Positions 47,001-58,361 of a stretch of 64,000 bases of DNA are shown piece after piece. How positions within the stretch are numbered: the first letter of the stretch is position 1; every line of letters starts with the position of its first letter. The DNA comes from Macrostomum lignano (lineage: Eukaryota). A program made the position numbers and the translations under genes. The DNA is taken from positions 1 through 64,000 of the forward strand of contig NIVC01002047.1 in NCBI GenBank assembly GCA_002269645.1. Direction: 5' to 3'. The notes under the pieces were generated by a model that saw only the letters and a program-made list of their open reading frames with translations, did not search any database and was not told the DNA's origin.

Positions 47001-50000
47001 TTGTGTCACTCTCTGTTTTCAGCTTTAAATTGTGTCACTCTCTGTTTTCAGCTTTCAATTGTGTCACTCTCTGTTTTCAGCTTTCAATTGTGTCACTCTC
47101 TGTTTTAAAGTTTCCAACTGTGTCCCTCTCTGTTTTCAGCTTTCAATTGTGTCACTCTCAGTTTTCTAGCATCCAGTTGTGTCACTCTCTATTTTCAGCT
47201 TTCAATTGTGTCACTCTCTGTTCACAGCTCGCAATTGTGTCACTCTCTGTTTTCAGCTTTCAATTGTGTCACTCTCAGTTTTCTAGCATCCAGTTGTGTC
47301 ACTCTCTGTTTTCAGCTTTCAATTGTGTCACTCTCTGTTCACAGCTCGCAATTGTGTCACTCTCTGTTTTCAGCTTTCAATTGTGTCACTCTCTGTTTTC
47401 AGCTTTAAATTGTGTCACTCTCTGTTTTCAGCTTTCAATTGTGTCACTCTCTGTTTTCACTCTCAATTGTGTCACTCTCTGTTTTCACTCGAAATTGTGT
47501 CACTCTCTGTTTTCAGCTTTCAATTGTGTCACTCTCTGTTTTCACTCTCAATTGTGTCACTCTCTGTTTTCAGCTTTCAATTGTGTCACTCTCTGTTTTC
47601 AGCTTCCAATTGTGTCACTCTCTGTTTTCAGCTTTCAATTGTGTCACTCTCTGTTTTCAGCTTTCAATTGTGTCACTCTCTGTTTTAAAGTTTCCAACTG
47701 TGTCCCTCTCTGTTTTCAGCTTTCAATTGTGTCACTCTCTGTTTTCTAGCATCCAGTTGTGTCACTCTCTGTTTTCAGCTTTCAATTGTGTCACTCTCTG
47801 TTCACAGCTCGCAATTGTGTCACTCTCTGTTTTCAGCTTTAAATTGTGTCACTCTCTGTTTTCAGCTTTCAATTGTGTCACTCTCTGTTTTCAGCTTTCA
47901 ATTGTGTCACTCTCTGTTTTAAAGTTTCCAACTGTGTCCCTCTCTGTTTTCAGCTTTCAATTGTGTCACTCTCAGTTTTCTAGCATCCAGTTGTGTCACT
48001 CTCTGTTTTCAGCTTTCAATTGTGTCACTCTCTGTTCACAGCTCGCAATTGTGTCACTCTCTGTTTTCAGCTTTCAATTGTGTCACTCTCAGTTTTCTAG
48101 CATCCAGTTGTGTCACTCTCTGTTTTCAGCTTTCAATTGTGTCACTCTCTGTTCACAGCTCGCAATTGTGTCACTCTCTGTTTTCAGCTTTCAATTGTGT
48201 CACTCTCTGTTTTCAGCTTTCAATTGTGTCACTCTCTGTTTTCAGCTTTCAATTGTGTCACTCTCTGTTTTCAGCTTTCAATTGTGTCACTCTCTGTTTT
48301 CAGCTTTCAATTGTGTCACTCTCAGTTTTCAGCTTTCAATTGTGTCACTCTCTGTTTTCAGCTTTCAATTGTGTCACTCTCTGTTTTCAGCTTTCAATTG
48401 TGTCACTCTCTGTTTTCAGCTCTCAATTGTGTCACTCTCTGTTTTCAGCTTTCAATTGTGTCACTCTCTGTTTTCAGCTTTCAATTGTGTCACTCTCTGT
48501 TTTCAGCTTTCAATTGTGTCACTCTCTGTTTTCAGCTTTCAATTGTGTCACTCTCTGTTTTCAGCTTTCAATTGTGTCACTCTCTGTTTTCAGCTTTCAA
48601 TTGTGTCACTCTCTGTTTTCAGCTTTCAATTGTGTCACTCTCTGTTTTCAGCTTTCAATTGTGTCACTCTCTGTTTTCAGCTTTCAATTGTGTCACTCTC
48701 AGTTTTCAGCTTTCAATTGTGTCACTCTCTGTTTTCAGCTTTCAATTGTGTCACTCTCTGTTTTCAGCTTTCAATTGTGTCACTCTCTGTTTTCAGCTTT
48801 CAATTGTGTCACTCTCTGTTTTCAGCTTTCAATTGTGTCACTCTCTGTTTTCAGCTTTCAATTGTGTCACTCTCTGTTTTCAGCTTTCAATTGTGTCACT
48901 CTCTGTTTTCAGCTTTCAATTGTGTCACTCTCAGTTTTCAGCTTTCAATTGTGTCACTCTCTGTTTTCAGCTTTCAATTGTGTCACTCTCTGTTTTCAGC
49001 TTTCAATTGTGTCACCCTCTGTTTTCAGCTCTCAATTGTGTCACTCTCTGTTTTCAGCTTTCAATTGTGTCACTCTCTGTTTTCAGCTTTCAATTGTGTC
49101 ACTCTCTGTTTTCAGCTTTCAATTGTGTCACTCTCTGTTTTCAGCTTTCAATTGTGTCACTCTCTGTTTTCAGCTTTCAATTGTGTCACTCTCTGTTTTC
49201 AGCTTTCAATTGTGTCACTCTTTGTTTTAAAGTTTCCAATTGTGTCACTCTCTGTTTTCAGCTTTCAATTGTGTCACTCTCTGTTTTCTAGCATCCAGTT
49301 GTGTCACTCTCTGTTTTCAGCTTTCAATTGTGTCACTCTCTGTTCACAGCTCGCAATTGTGTCACTCTCTGTTTTCAGCTTTAAATTGTGTCACTCTCTG
49401 TTTTCAGCTTTCAATTGTGTCACTCTCTGTTTTTAGCTTTCAATTGTGTCACTCTCTGTTTTCAGCTTTCAATTGTGTCACTCTCTGTTTTAAAGTTTCC
49501 AACTGTGTCCTCTCTGTTTTCAGCTTTCAATTGTGTCACTCTCTGTTTTCTAGCATCCAGTTGTGTCACTCTCTGTTTTCAGCTTTCAATTGTGTCACTC
49601 TCTGTTCACAGCTCGCAATTGTGTCACTCTCTGTTTTCAGCTTTAAATTGTGTCACTCTCTGTTTTCAGCTTTCAATTGTGTCACTCTCTGTTTTCAGCT
49701 TTCAATTGTGTCACTCTCTGTTTTAAAGTTTCCAACTGTGTCCCTCTCTGTTTTCAGCTTTCAATTGTGTCACTCTCAGTTTTCTAGCATCCAGTTGTGT
49801 CACTCTCTGTTTTCAGCTTTCAATTGTGTCACTCTCTGTTCACAGCTCTCAATTGTGTCACTCTCTGTTTTCAGCTTTCAATTGTGTCACTCTCAGTTTT
49901 CTAGCATCCAGTTGTGTCACTCTCTGTTTTCAGCTTTCAATTGTGTCACTCTCTGTTCACAGCTCGCAATTGTGTCTCTCTCTGTTTTCAGCTTTCTATT

Positions 50001-50330
50001 GTGTCCCTCTCTGTTTTCAGCTTTCAATTGTGTCACTCTCTGTTTTCAGCTTTCAATTGTGTCACTCTCTGTTTTCAGCTTTCAATTGTGTCACTCTCTG
50101 TTTTCAGCTTTCAATTGTGTCACTCTCTGTTTTCACTCTCAATTGTGTCACTCTCTGTTTTCACTCGAAATTGTGTCACTCTCTGTTTTCAGCTTTCAAT
50201 TGTGTCACTCTCTGTTTTCACTCTCAATTGTGTCACTCTCTGTTTTCAGCTTTCAATTGTGTCACTCTCTGTTTTCAGCTTCCAATTGTGTCATTCTCTG
50301 TTCACAGCTTCCAATTCGTCACTCTTTGAT
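44025..50330. repeat. 6.3-kb 29-bp minisatellite (CTTTCAATTGTGTCACTCTCTGTTTTCAG)n, about 215 copies, with higher-order structure
   Basis: Continuous array. All long plus-strand ORFs at 44059-50391 are its translations. Confidence 0.98.
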
Positions 50331-50427
50331 TCACTCCCTAGCGTCAGTTTTGGTTTATAAGCAGTGTTTGCACTATCAGTTTCAAATATAGCTCGTACAA
50401 CTGTAGCACAGTAAGCCCAACCTCAAA

Positions 50428-53400
50428 AATCTGATGAAGATTGCTGAGCTGTACAGGCCAGGCCTCATCCTGATCCAGGAACCCTGGATGCGCAACGGTA
50501 AGTTGCCCAACATTCCCTCTGGCTACTCTGATTTTTATGTGTGTGGCCCGGGGAACAGCCGCCCTAGAGCGGCTATCCTCGCTGCTAGCCATCTCCAGGC
50601 TTGGCTGAGGACTGATCTCTCTGATGGAGACCTTTGCGTCATCCAATCTAATCATTTCTCTCCGCGTACGTGTCTTGTTGCCTCGGTTTATATCCCAGGC
50701 GACAGAGACCCTGCTCCCGAGAGTTTACTGCGCCTTGCGCAGTACTGCGAGTCCCAGAACGCTGAGCTGTGCTTAGGGGGCGACCTCAACGCGCACCACA
50801 AGCACTGGGGCAGCAAAGATACCAACACTAGAGGAGAGGAGCTTCTGGCCCTCATCTCTAACACAAACCTCATGCTCTGCAACCGCGGCAGCACTCCTAC
50901 CTTTAATAATGGCAGATGGACCGAGGTCCTCGACGCCACACTCGTTACCCCAAGACTCTTTGACAGAGTCAAGGAGTGGAGAGTCTGGTCTGAGGAGCCC
51001 TCCCTGTCTGACCACTGCTTTATCGCCTTTAATATCGCGGACACTAAAACCCAGTCTCCGATCACTTGGAGACGCAATATCCGCAACACTGATTGGGCGG
51101 CCTACAAGGCTGCCCTTGATCTGCACCTGCAGGAACTCACGGACTTACGTCCGATTGAGACCTGCGAGGATGTGGATCATATGGCTGAGACGCTGACAGG
51201 TTGCATTATTGCAGCCTACGAAGCGGCTTGTCCTGCTCGCGCCTACAGAGGCAAGACCTCGGCGCCGTGGTGGAACCCGGAGCTGGGGAAACTCAGGCGG
51301 AAGGCCAAAAGCCTTCATCGCCGTGCCATGAAGACCGGAAACCCGGAGGACATGGAGCTTTTCCGGCAAGCCTCCCGCAATTTCAAATCTGAAGTGCGCA
51401 AGGCCAAGGAATGTAAGTGGCGCCAATTCTGCAATGAATTGGATCAAGACAGACCTACTTCTAGGCTTGTCAAGGCCCTTACAATGGACAAAATGTCCAA
51501 ATTAGCCATGATAAAAAAAGATGATGGCTCTCTTACTAAAGACCCTGAAGAAGTGCTTCAGCATATGCTTAGCACATTCTTCCCGAGGGTACCTACTGCT
51601 AGACCGGAGCCCAACCATTCGATGGATGGAGCCACCCTAGCGGCGGGCATTGTCACTGAAGACCTAATCGCTCGTGCGGTCAGAACCTTCAAACCCTTCA
51701 AATCTCCTGGACCTGATGGTATCTACCCTGTTCTCCTTCGTGAAGCAGCCAAGATACCCTCGTTCCTGAGACTCACCCGCAATCTTATGCGGGCCTCTAT
51801 CCAGCTGGGATACGTTCCCAAAAGCTGGACTGAAGCTCGAGTAGTCTTTATTCCCAAACCTGGGAAGGGTGACTACCAAAGCGTCAAGGCCTTCCGGCCA
51901 ATTAGCTTAACGTCAGCAATGCTTAAGCTCACTGAGAGGCTTATTCTCTGGCGGCTGCTCTCCTGCGAGCTGACAGCGATGCCCCTCAGCAATAATCAGC
52001 ACGCCTTCCGTACCGGGAGGTCGACTGACAGCGCCCTGCATGCGATTGTCGAAAAGATTGAACGGGCGGTACTGGGTGACGGTTACGCCCTGGCTCTCTT
52101 TCTTGACATTGTTGGCGCCTTCGACAACGTTATCTTTGAAGCGTTTCAGAGGGCCCTTCAAAATCGCAAAGCTCATGCTACCCTCATACGGTGGATCATG
52201 TACATGATCTCCAACCGTACGGTCACTGCCCAACTTCTTGGGCAAACTGCCTCCACCAGAGTCTGTAAGGGTGGACCCCAAGGCGGAGTCCTCACCCCGA
52301 CGCTCTGGAACCTGGTCATGGACGCTCTTCTGAGTGACTCCCGACCTGACCCCGTCTTCAAAGTCGGGTATGCTGATGACGTCACGGCCATTGTGGCAGG
52401 ACCGTCTCCCAGCACGCTCAGGGATCTGATGCAGAGCTTTATCCGCAAAGCAGAATCCTGGGCCAATGACAATGGTTTGGAACTCTCTGAGCCCAAAACC
52501 GTTGCCATTATGTTTACCAGCAGACTACGCTGGAACATACGTCCTCTGCAGCTCTACGGCAGAGATATTGCCTTCGCGCACCAGACCAGATGTCTCGGGG
52601 TCACACTTGACCACCGGCTCAACTGGTCCTTCCACGTGAAAGCAAAAGCTAAGCGTGCCTCAGCCATCCTGGCCCAGCTCCGACGAGCACTTGGCACTTC
52701 TTGGGGTCTATCCCCAAAGCGGCTTTGGTGGATCTATACTTCCGTAGTTAGACCTGCCATTACGTACGCCTCTGTTGTCTGGGTTAGCGCTACCCAGGTC
52801 AAAAGCCATGCAGACCTGCTCAACACGATCCAAGGCAGAGCGTGTAGGCTCATCTGCAACGCCACCAGGTCCACGCCCTTTGCTGGCATGGGGGCCTTTC
52901 TTAATCTTCCGCCTCTTGACCTCTTCATCAGGGGTGAGGCGGCTAGAACGACGCGGCGTCTAATTGATGCCGGCGTCAAATTCATTTACATGAGAGCACC
53001 TGCTAAGCGGAACCTTGTCCCGCATAGCGATCTGTGCCTCAACTTTCTCAACGAGTTTCAGGCCAATCGCGTCTTCACCGATGGCATTGCCTCAACGCTC
53101 AACCTGAGACAGCGCTACTCCGTAGCTATCGACTCGCGCGATAACATCAATGACCATTGGAACCCTGGTGAGCTTCATTGCTACACCGACGGTTCTAAGC
53201 AGTCAGCCAACACCGGCTTTGGTGTTGGAATCTTTCTGAACGGGAGGGTCATCGCTACCCACGCTCAATACACTGGGGTCAACTCCAGTGTTTTCCAAAA
53301 TGAAGTTCTGGCCATCAGCTCCTGCACTGCAGAGCTTCTCGCCACTGGCGTTACTGGTAAGAACATCATTTTCCATTCGGACAGCCAAGCTGCCTTGCAC

Positions 53401-54190
53401 GCCATCAGTGGCTGCAGCACCAACTCTGCTACAGTCCTTGACTGTATCAAACTCCTCAATGTGTTGGGTTCCGCCAACAAAATTACCCTTAAGTGGGTTC
53501 CGGGGCATGTGGGGATCCGAGGAAATGAGTTGGCTGACACCCTTGCAGAAGTTGGTGCCTCCGGCTCCTCTCTCGGCCCCGAACCTCTTGTCCCGATTCC
53601 TGGCTGTGTCATCGACTCGCGCATCAAAGCGTGGATCAGGACTCAGCACCGCTCGACTTGGGCGAACCGCACGAACTGCAGGCAATCCAGAGGCGCTGTC
53701 CCTCAGCCCTCTCACCAGCTCCGGAAGCTCCTCTTGCGCCTCTCGCGCAGAGACATCCGGGCTGCCACCATGACCCTCTCTGGTCACGGCTGCTTCTCCA
53801 GGCACCAGTACCTGCAGGGCAACGCCACCAACGCCACCTGTAGTTTCTGCAACTCAGGTGACGAAACCGCTGAGCATTTCGTCAGCATCTGTCCCGCCTT
53901 CACGCGGGCCAGACTCACTTACCTCGGGCCACACACATCTATTACTGAAGCGTGCAAACCCGAAAACTTTAATCAGCTCATGCGCTACCTTCGGGCCACC
54001 CGCAGGGCTGAACTCTCCTTTCCAGAGAGCACCATAGCTGCTGGCGACACTGGGGGACCTCCCTGGGCGGCGCCAACCCTCCGTCCATAGCGACGCGTCG
54101 GCCGTTCAGGGACTAGCGGAATGGGCGCCCGCGCCTTCCCGCTGTGTCCCCTCCGGGACAGCCCTGCAGCTAAGTCAAGTAAGTCAAGTC
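50428..54190 (+). mobile_element. Young LOA-clade LINE, 5'-truncated inside APE, 15-bp TSD, (AAGTC/TAAG)n tail
   Basis: AAGCCCAACCTCAAA occurs at 50413-50427 and 54191-54205. The element carries an uninterrupted pol ORF and a short structured 3' UTR. Confidence 0.96.
50434..54090 (+). CDS. LINE pol: AP endonuclease (N-terminal motif missing), reverse transcriptase, RNase H, CCHC knuckle (1218 aa)
   Basis: LIQEPW, GGDLNAH, LDATL, SDH (APE); KSPGPDGI, FRPISL, QHAFR, LDIVGAFD, PQGGVLTPTLW, GYADD (RT); YTDGS, E, SDSQAAL, WVPGHVGIRGNELAD (RNase H); CSFC-x8-H-x4-C. Confidence 0.95.
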   Translation: MKIAELYRPGLILIQEPWMRNGKLPNIPSGYSDFYVCGPGNSRPRAAILAASHLQAWLRTDLSDGDLCVIQSNHFSPRTCLVASVYIPGDRDPAPESLLRLAQYCESQNAELCLGGDLNAHHKHWGSKDTNTRGEELLALISNTNLMLCNRGSTPTFNNGRWTEVLDATLVTPRLFDRVKEWRVWSEEPSLSDHCFIAFNIADTKTQSPITWRRNIRNTDWAAYKAALDLHLQELTDLRPIETCEDVDHMAETLTGCIIAAYEAACPARAYRGKTSAPWWNPELGKLRRKAKSLHRRAMKTGNPEDMELFRQASRNFKSEVRKAKECKWRQFCNELDQDRPTSRLVKALTMDKMSKLAMIKKDDGSLTKDPEEVLQHMLSTFFPRVPTARPEPNHSMDGATLAAGIVTEDLIARAVRTFKPFKSPGPDGIYPVLLREAAKIPSFLRLTRNLMRASIQLGYVPKSWTEARVVFIPKPGKGDYQSVKAFRPISLTSAMLKLTERLILWRLLSCELTAMPLSNNQHAFRTGRSTDSALHAIVEKIERAVLGDGYALALFLDIVGAFDNVIFEAFQRALQNRKAHATLIRWIMYMISNRTVTAQLLGQTASTRVCKGGPQGGVLTPTLWNLVMDALLSDSRPDPVFKVGYADDVTAIVAGPSPSTLRDLMQSFIRKAESWANDNGLELSEPKTVAIMFTSRLRWNIRPLQLYGRDIAFAHQTRCLGVTLDHRLNWSFHVKAKAKRASAILAQLRRALGTSWGLSPKRLWWIYTSVVRPAITYASVVWVSATQVKSHADLLNTIQGRACRLICNATRSTPFAGMGAFLNLPPLDLFIRGEAARTTRRLIDAGVKFIYMRAPAKRNLVPHSDLCLNFLNEFQANRVFTDGIASTLNLRQRYSVAIDSRDNINDHWNPGELHCYTDGSKQSANTGFGVGIFLNGRVIATHAQYTGVNSSVFQNEVLAISSCTAELLATGVTGKNIIFHSDSQAALHAISGCSTNSATVLDCIKLLNVLGSANKITLKWVPGHVGIRGNELADTLAEVGASGSSLGPEPLVPIPGCVIDSRIKAWIRTQHRSTWANRTNCRQSRGAVPQPSHQLRKLLLRLSRRDIRAATMTLSGHGCFSRHQYLQGNATNATCSFCNSGDETAEHFVSICPAFTRARLTYLGPHTSITEACKPENFNQLMRYLRATRRAELSFPESTIAAGDTGGPPWAAPTLRP

Positions 54191-55184
54191 AAGCCCAACC
54201 TCAAATTATCTTGTAATTTAGCAATTAATCATTAGTGCATAATGTATACATATCCATCACACTCGCCGCTATCCTTTTGTAAGACTCGGCGCACCAACCT
54301 GATCCTGCTAGTGACCTACTTTTATAATCTGCCATGCCAGCATGGACCCCCGAGTGCTGCAATGCTTCAAGTTCCAACACAAAGAGACTGATTTCCTACC
54401 TTTGAAAAAAAGAAGGTTTTCGAAAAGGCCCAGTGGGGCAGCAGTTATATAAACAGGTTCTAGGACCCGACACCCTCGGAAGTGAATACCTCTCAGCTCC
54501 AGGGCTGTTCCAAGAATGGAAAACCGACGGGACAAAAAACTGCCTAGGGGACAAGGAGAACAGAGAGAACGATAATCTATCTACATTCTAATCGGTCAGG
54601 CATGTGCACTGTCTGTGCCTCTGGTGTTTTGTCACTCCAAATTCTAGGTTAAGGCAGCCTTGGCTGACCAGGCATTTTCGGGGGTGGATTGCGTCCTGCA
54701 GGGAAGAGGACACTCAGTATGCACTGTTTGGAAGCTGATATTCGTTCTGGAGATGCAGCAGAATGCCTGACATTTTCTACGGACTGTTCCGCTGTTGTTG
54801 CTGCTGCTGCGGCTTCTACCTTGCTTGCTGTTGCCTCTACTAAACCGGAAGCATGAAGTGAAATTCAGACAAAAAATGTTGCGCCAATATGCGGTATGTT
54901 ATCGTATATAATACGTAGCGCTGGCAGCAGTTCCTTTGGCAGTCTCCACCGCCTTCTTGACACTCAGCGCTGAAAATTTTACCTTTCGAATACACTTGCG
55001 CATATTATTACTGGTACCTTGAACATTTCAGCTAAACCTTGAAGCATCTTGAAAAATGAGGCGCTGGTGGTCGAAATGATTTGATGCTCTCTCTTCCGAT
55101 GGGAAATGACAACTGAGGCGCAGTTTAAGAGAATGAGGCGCCAATAAAAACATCGGCGTCATGCATTGGGGACAGTCAGGCACC

Positions 55185-55950
55185 TTTAAAAATGAGGCGC
55201 CGTCAGGTAAATGAGGCACCATCAGGTAAAGGCGGCGCTATCGGGTAAATGAGGCGCCGTCGGATAAATGAGGCGCCATCGGGTAAATGAGGCGCCATTG
55301 GGTAACTGAGGCGTCATCGGGTAAATGAGGCGCCATTGGGTAACTGAGGCGTCATCGGGTAAATGAGGCGCCGTCGGATAAATGAGGCGCCATCGGGTAA
55401 CTGAGGCGCCGTCGGGTAAATGAGGCGCCGTCGGGTAAATGAGGCGCCGTCAGGTAAATGAGGCGCCGTCGGGTAAATGAGGCGCCGTCGGGTAAATGAG
55501 GCGCCGTCAGGTAAATGAGGCGCCGTCAGGTAAGTGCGGCACCATCGGGTAAATGAGGCGCCATCAGGTAACTCAGGCGCCAGGCGCCATCGGGTAAATG
55601 AGGCGCCGTCAGGTAAGTGCGGCGCCGTCGGGTAAATGAGGTGCCATTAGGTAACTGAGGCGTCATCGGGTAAATGAGGCGCCATTGGGTAACTGAGGCG
55701 TCATCGGGTAAATGAGGCGTCATTGGGTAAATGAGGCGCCATCGGGTAAATGAGGTGCCATTAGGTAACTGAGGCGCCATCGGGTAACTGAGGCGCCATC
55801 GGGTAAATGAGGCGCCGTCGGGTAAATGAGGCGCCGTCGGGTTAATGAGGCGCCGTCAGGTAAATGAGGCGCCGTCAGGTAAGTGCGGCACCATCGGGTA
55901 AATGAGGCGCCATTAGGTAACTGAGGCGCCATCGGGTAAATGAGGCGCCT
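55185..55950. repeat. 19-bp minisatellite (GGGTAAATGAGGCGCCGTC)n
   Basis: About 40 tandem copies. Confidence 0.95.
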
Positions 55951-56279
55951 CATGATGTCTTCCAAAAAACAAGAAACGAAAAAGATAGAACTCCATTTAT
56001 CGTGGTAGACATAAATTTCTGGCATCAAAGCGCTGGCTTAGTTTTAATAATGTTGTAGAACTAGCGCGTGAATTATTGATGCCTCAACCGAATTTTATTC
56101 AAGGCTTCCCACGGAGGCCGCGTGGGCATTGCGCCAACGTCCTCTGGGGTTCGCCGAGGACGGCTCGTGCTTTTTTGCTATTCGTAATTTATGTGTTGCC
56201 ATCAAGCACATATTCAATGTCTCGTTCCTTGGTGGCATTACTAATAATGCGATGTTTCAAAAGTCAGCTGGGCCGCTCT

Positions 56280-57422
56280 ATAAAGTGGGATTTCTAATTG
56301 AGTGGGATTTCTAATTAATAGGATTTCTAATTGAATGGGATTTCTAATTGAGTGGGATTTCTAATTATGTCTGATTTCTAATTGAATGGGATTTCTAATT
56401 GAGTGGGATTTCTAATTGAGTGGGATTTGTAATTGAATAGTATTTCTAATTGAGTGGGATTTCTAATTGAGTGGGATTTCTAATTGAGTGGGATTTCTAA
56501 TTGAGTGGGATTTCTAATTGAGTGGGATTTCTAATTGAGTGGGATTTCTAATTGAGTGGGATTTCTAATTGAGTGGGATTTGTAATTGAGTGGGATTTCT
56601 AACTGAGTGGGATTTCTAATTGAGTGGGATTTCTAATTGAATGGGATTTCTAACTGAGTGGGATTTGTAATTGAGTGGGATTTCTAACTGAGTGGGATTT
56701 CTAATTGAGTGGGATTTCTAACTGAGTGGGATTTCTAATTGAGTGGGATTTGTAATTGAATAGGATTTCTAATTGAATGGGATTTCTAACTGAGTGGGAT
56801 TTGTAATTGAGTGGGATTTCTAATTGAGTGGGATTTGTAATTGAATAGGATTTCTAATTGAATGGGATTTCTAACTGAGTGGGATTTCTAATTGAGTGGG
56901 ATTTGTAATTGAATAGGATTTCTAATTGAGTGGGATTTCTAATTGAATGGGATTTCTAATTGAGTGGGATTTCTAATTGAGTGGGATTTCTAATTTATAG
57001 GATTTCTAACTGAGTGGGATTTCTAATTGAATGGGATTTCTAATTGAATGGGATTTCTAATTGAATGGGATTTCTAATTGAGTGGGATTTGTAATTGAGT
57101 GGGATTTCTAACTGAGTGGGATTTGTAATTGAGTGGGATTTCTAACTGAGTGGGATTTCTATTTGAGTGGGATTTCTAACTGAGTGGGATTTCTAATTGA
57201 GTGGGATTTGTAATTGAATAGGATTTCTAATTGAATGGGATTTCTAATTGTGTGGGATTTCTAATTGAGTGGGATTTCTAATTGAGTGGGATTTGTAATT
57301 GAATAGGATTTCTAATTGAATGGGATTTCTAACTGAGTGGGATTTCTAATTGAGTGGGATTTGTAATTGAATAGGATTTCTAATTGAGTGGGATTTCTAA
57401 TTGAGTGGGATTTCTAATTGAA
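56280..57422. repeat. 17-bp minisatellite (GAGTGGGATTTCTAATT)n
   Basis: About 67 tandem copies. Confidence 0.96.
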
Positions 57423-57833
57423 CTAAAAACGAAAAACAAAGTTCGACTAAGCGTGGCATATCTCTGACACGAATAGAATTATTATATATTGAAATTAGTT
57501 CAATAACAACAGATCCAGTTAGGCTAAATGGTTTACAAAAAAGCAGAAAAAAATAAAATAACAATTTTCATATTAGAAATGTCTAATTGATAAACCACAT
57601 TGGTTTCAATTTAGTTAAACGGTGCCGATTAAATTTTCTAGTTACTGAAAATTGAAACCAAATAATGTATATATTGACGAGATAAAACAAGGTTGTGACT
57701 ATTAATAGATTGTAAGCTGCATGGTGCCTTAAAGAATTCAAAATAAAAGTGCTTGAATGATGCTGTGTAACTAAATCTTGGAAGCAAAACAAGACATGAA
57801 ATATGCAATTCAGCCAAGATCAGTGCAAAACTG

Positions 57834-58162
<329 letters not shown>

Positions 58163-58361
58163 ATCATAGATTGGACAAATAAAAATTACAACGGCAAATC
58201 AATGCAGAGTTTAAAAGTTTAAAAAAGCTTCAATAAAAGACGAGAAATTAACGACAATTTTCAAAATTAGAGACTATGACTCTCTTCTGCACTCTACAGC
58301 TCAACTGATGAGTCATCAATATTCTTTCTAAACTAAGTTCACCCACTGATTGTGTTAGAAG

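Noticed and set aside
44059-50391. Many long ORFs (up to 958 aa) of SLSVFSFQLCH repeats
   Set aside because: They are translations of a 29-bp array that lacks stops in all three plus frames, with no unique domain or gene structure.
50344-53843. Antisense and alternate-frame ORFs over the LINE pol, and likewise over the peptidase at 58355-60797
   Set aside because: They are shadows of GC-rich coding sequence.
54630-55060. Possible small minus-strand exons (Ala/Ser-rich)
   Set aside because: Two frames are open, the splice phases are ambiguous and no domain is recognisable.
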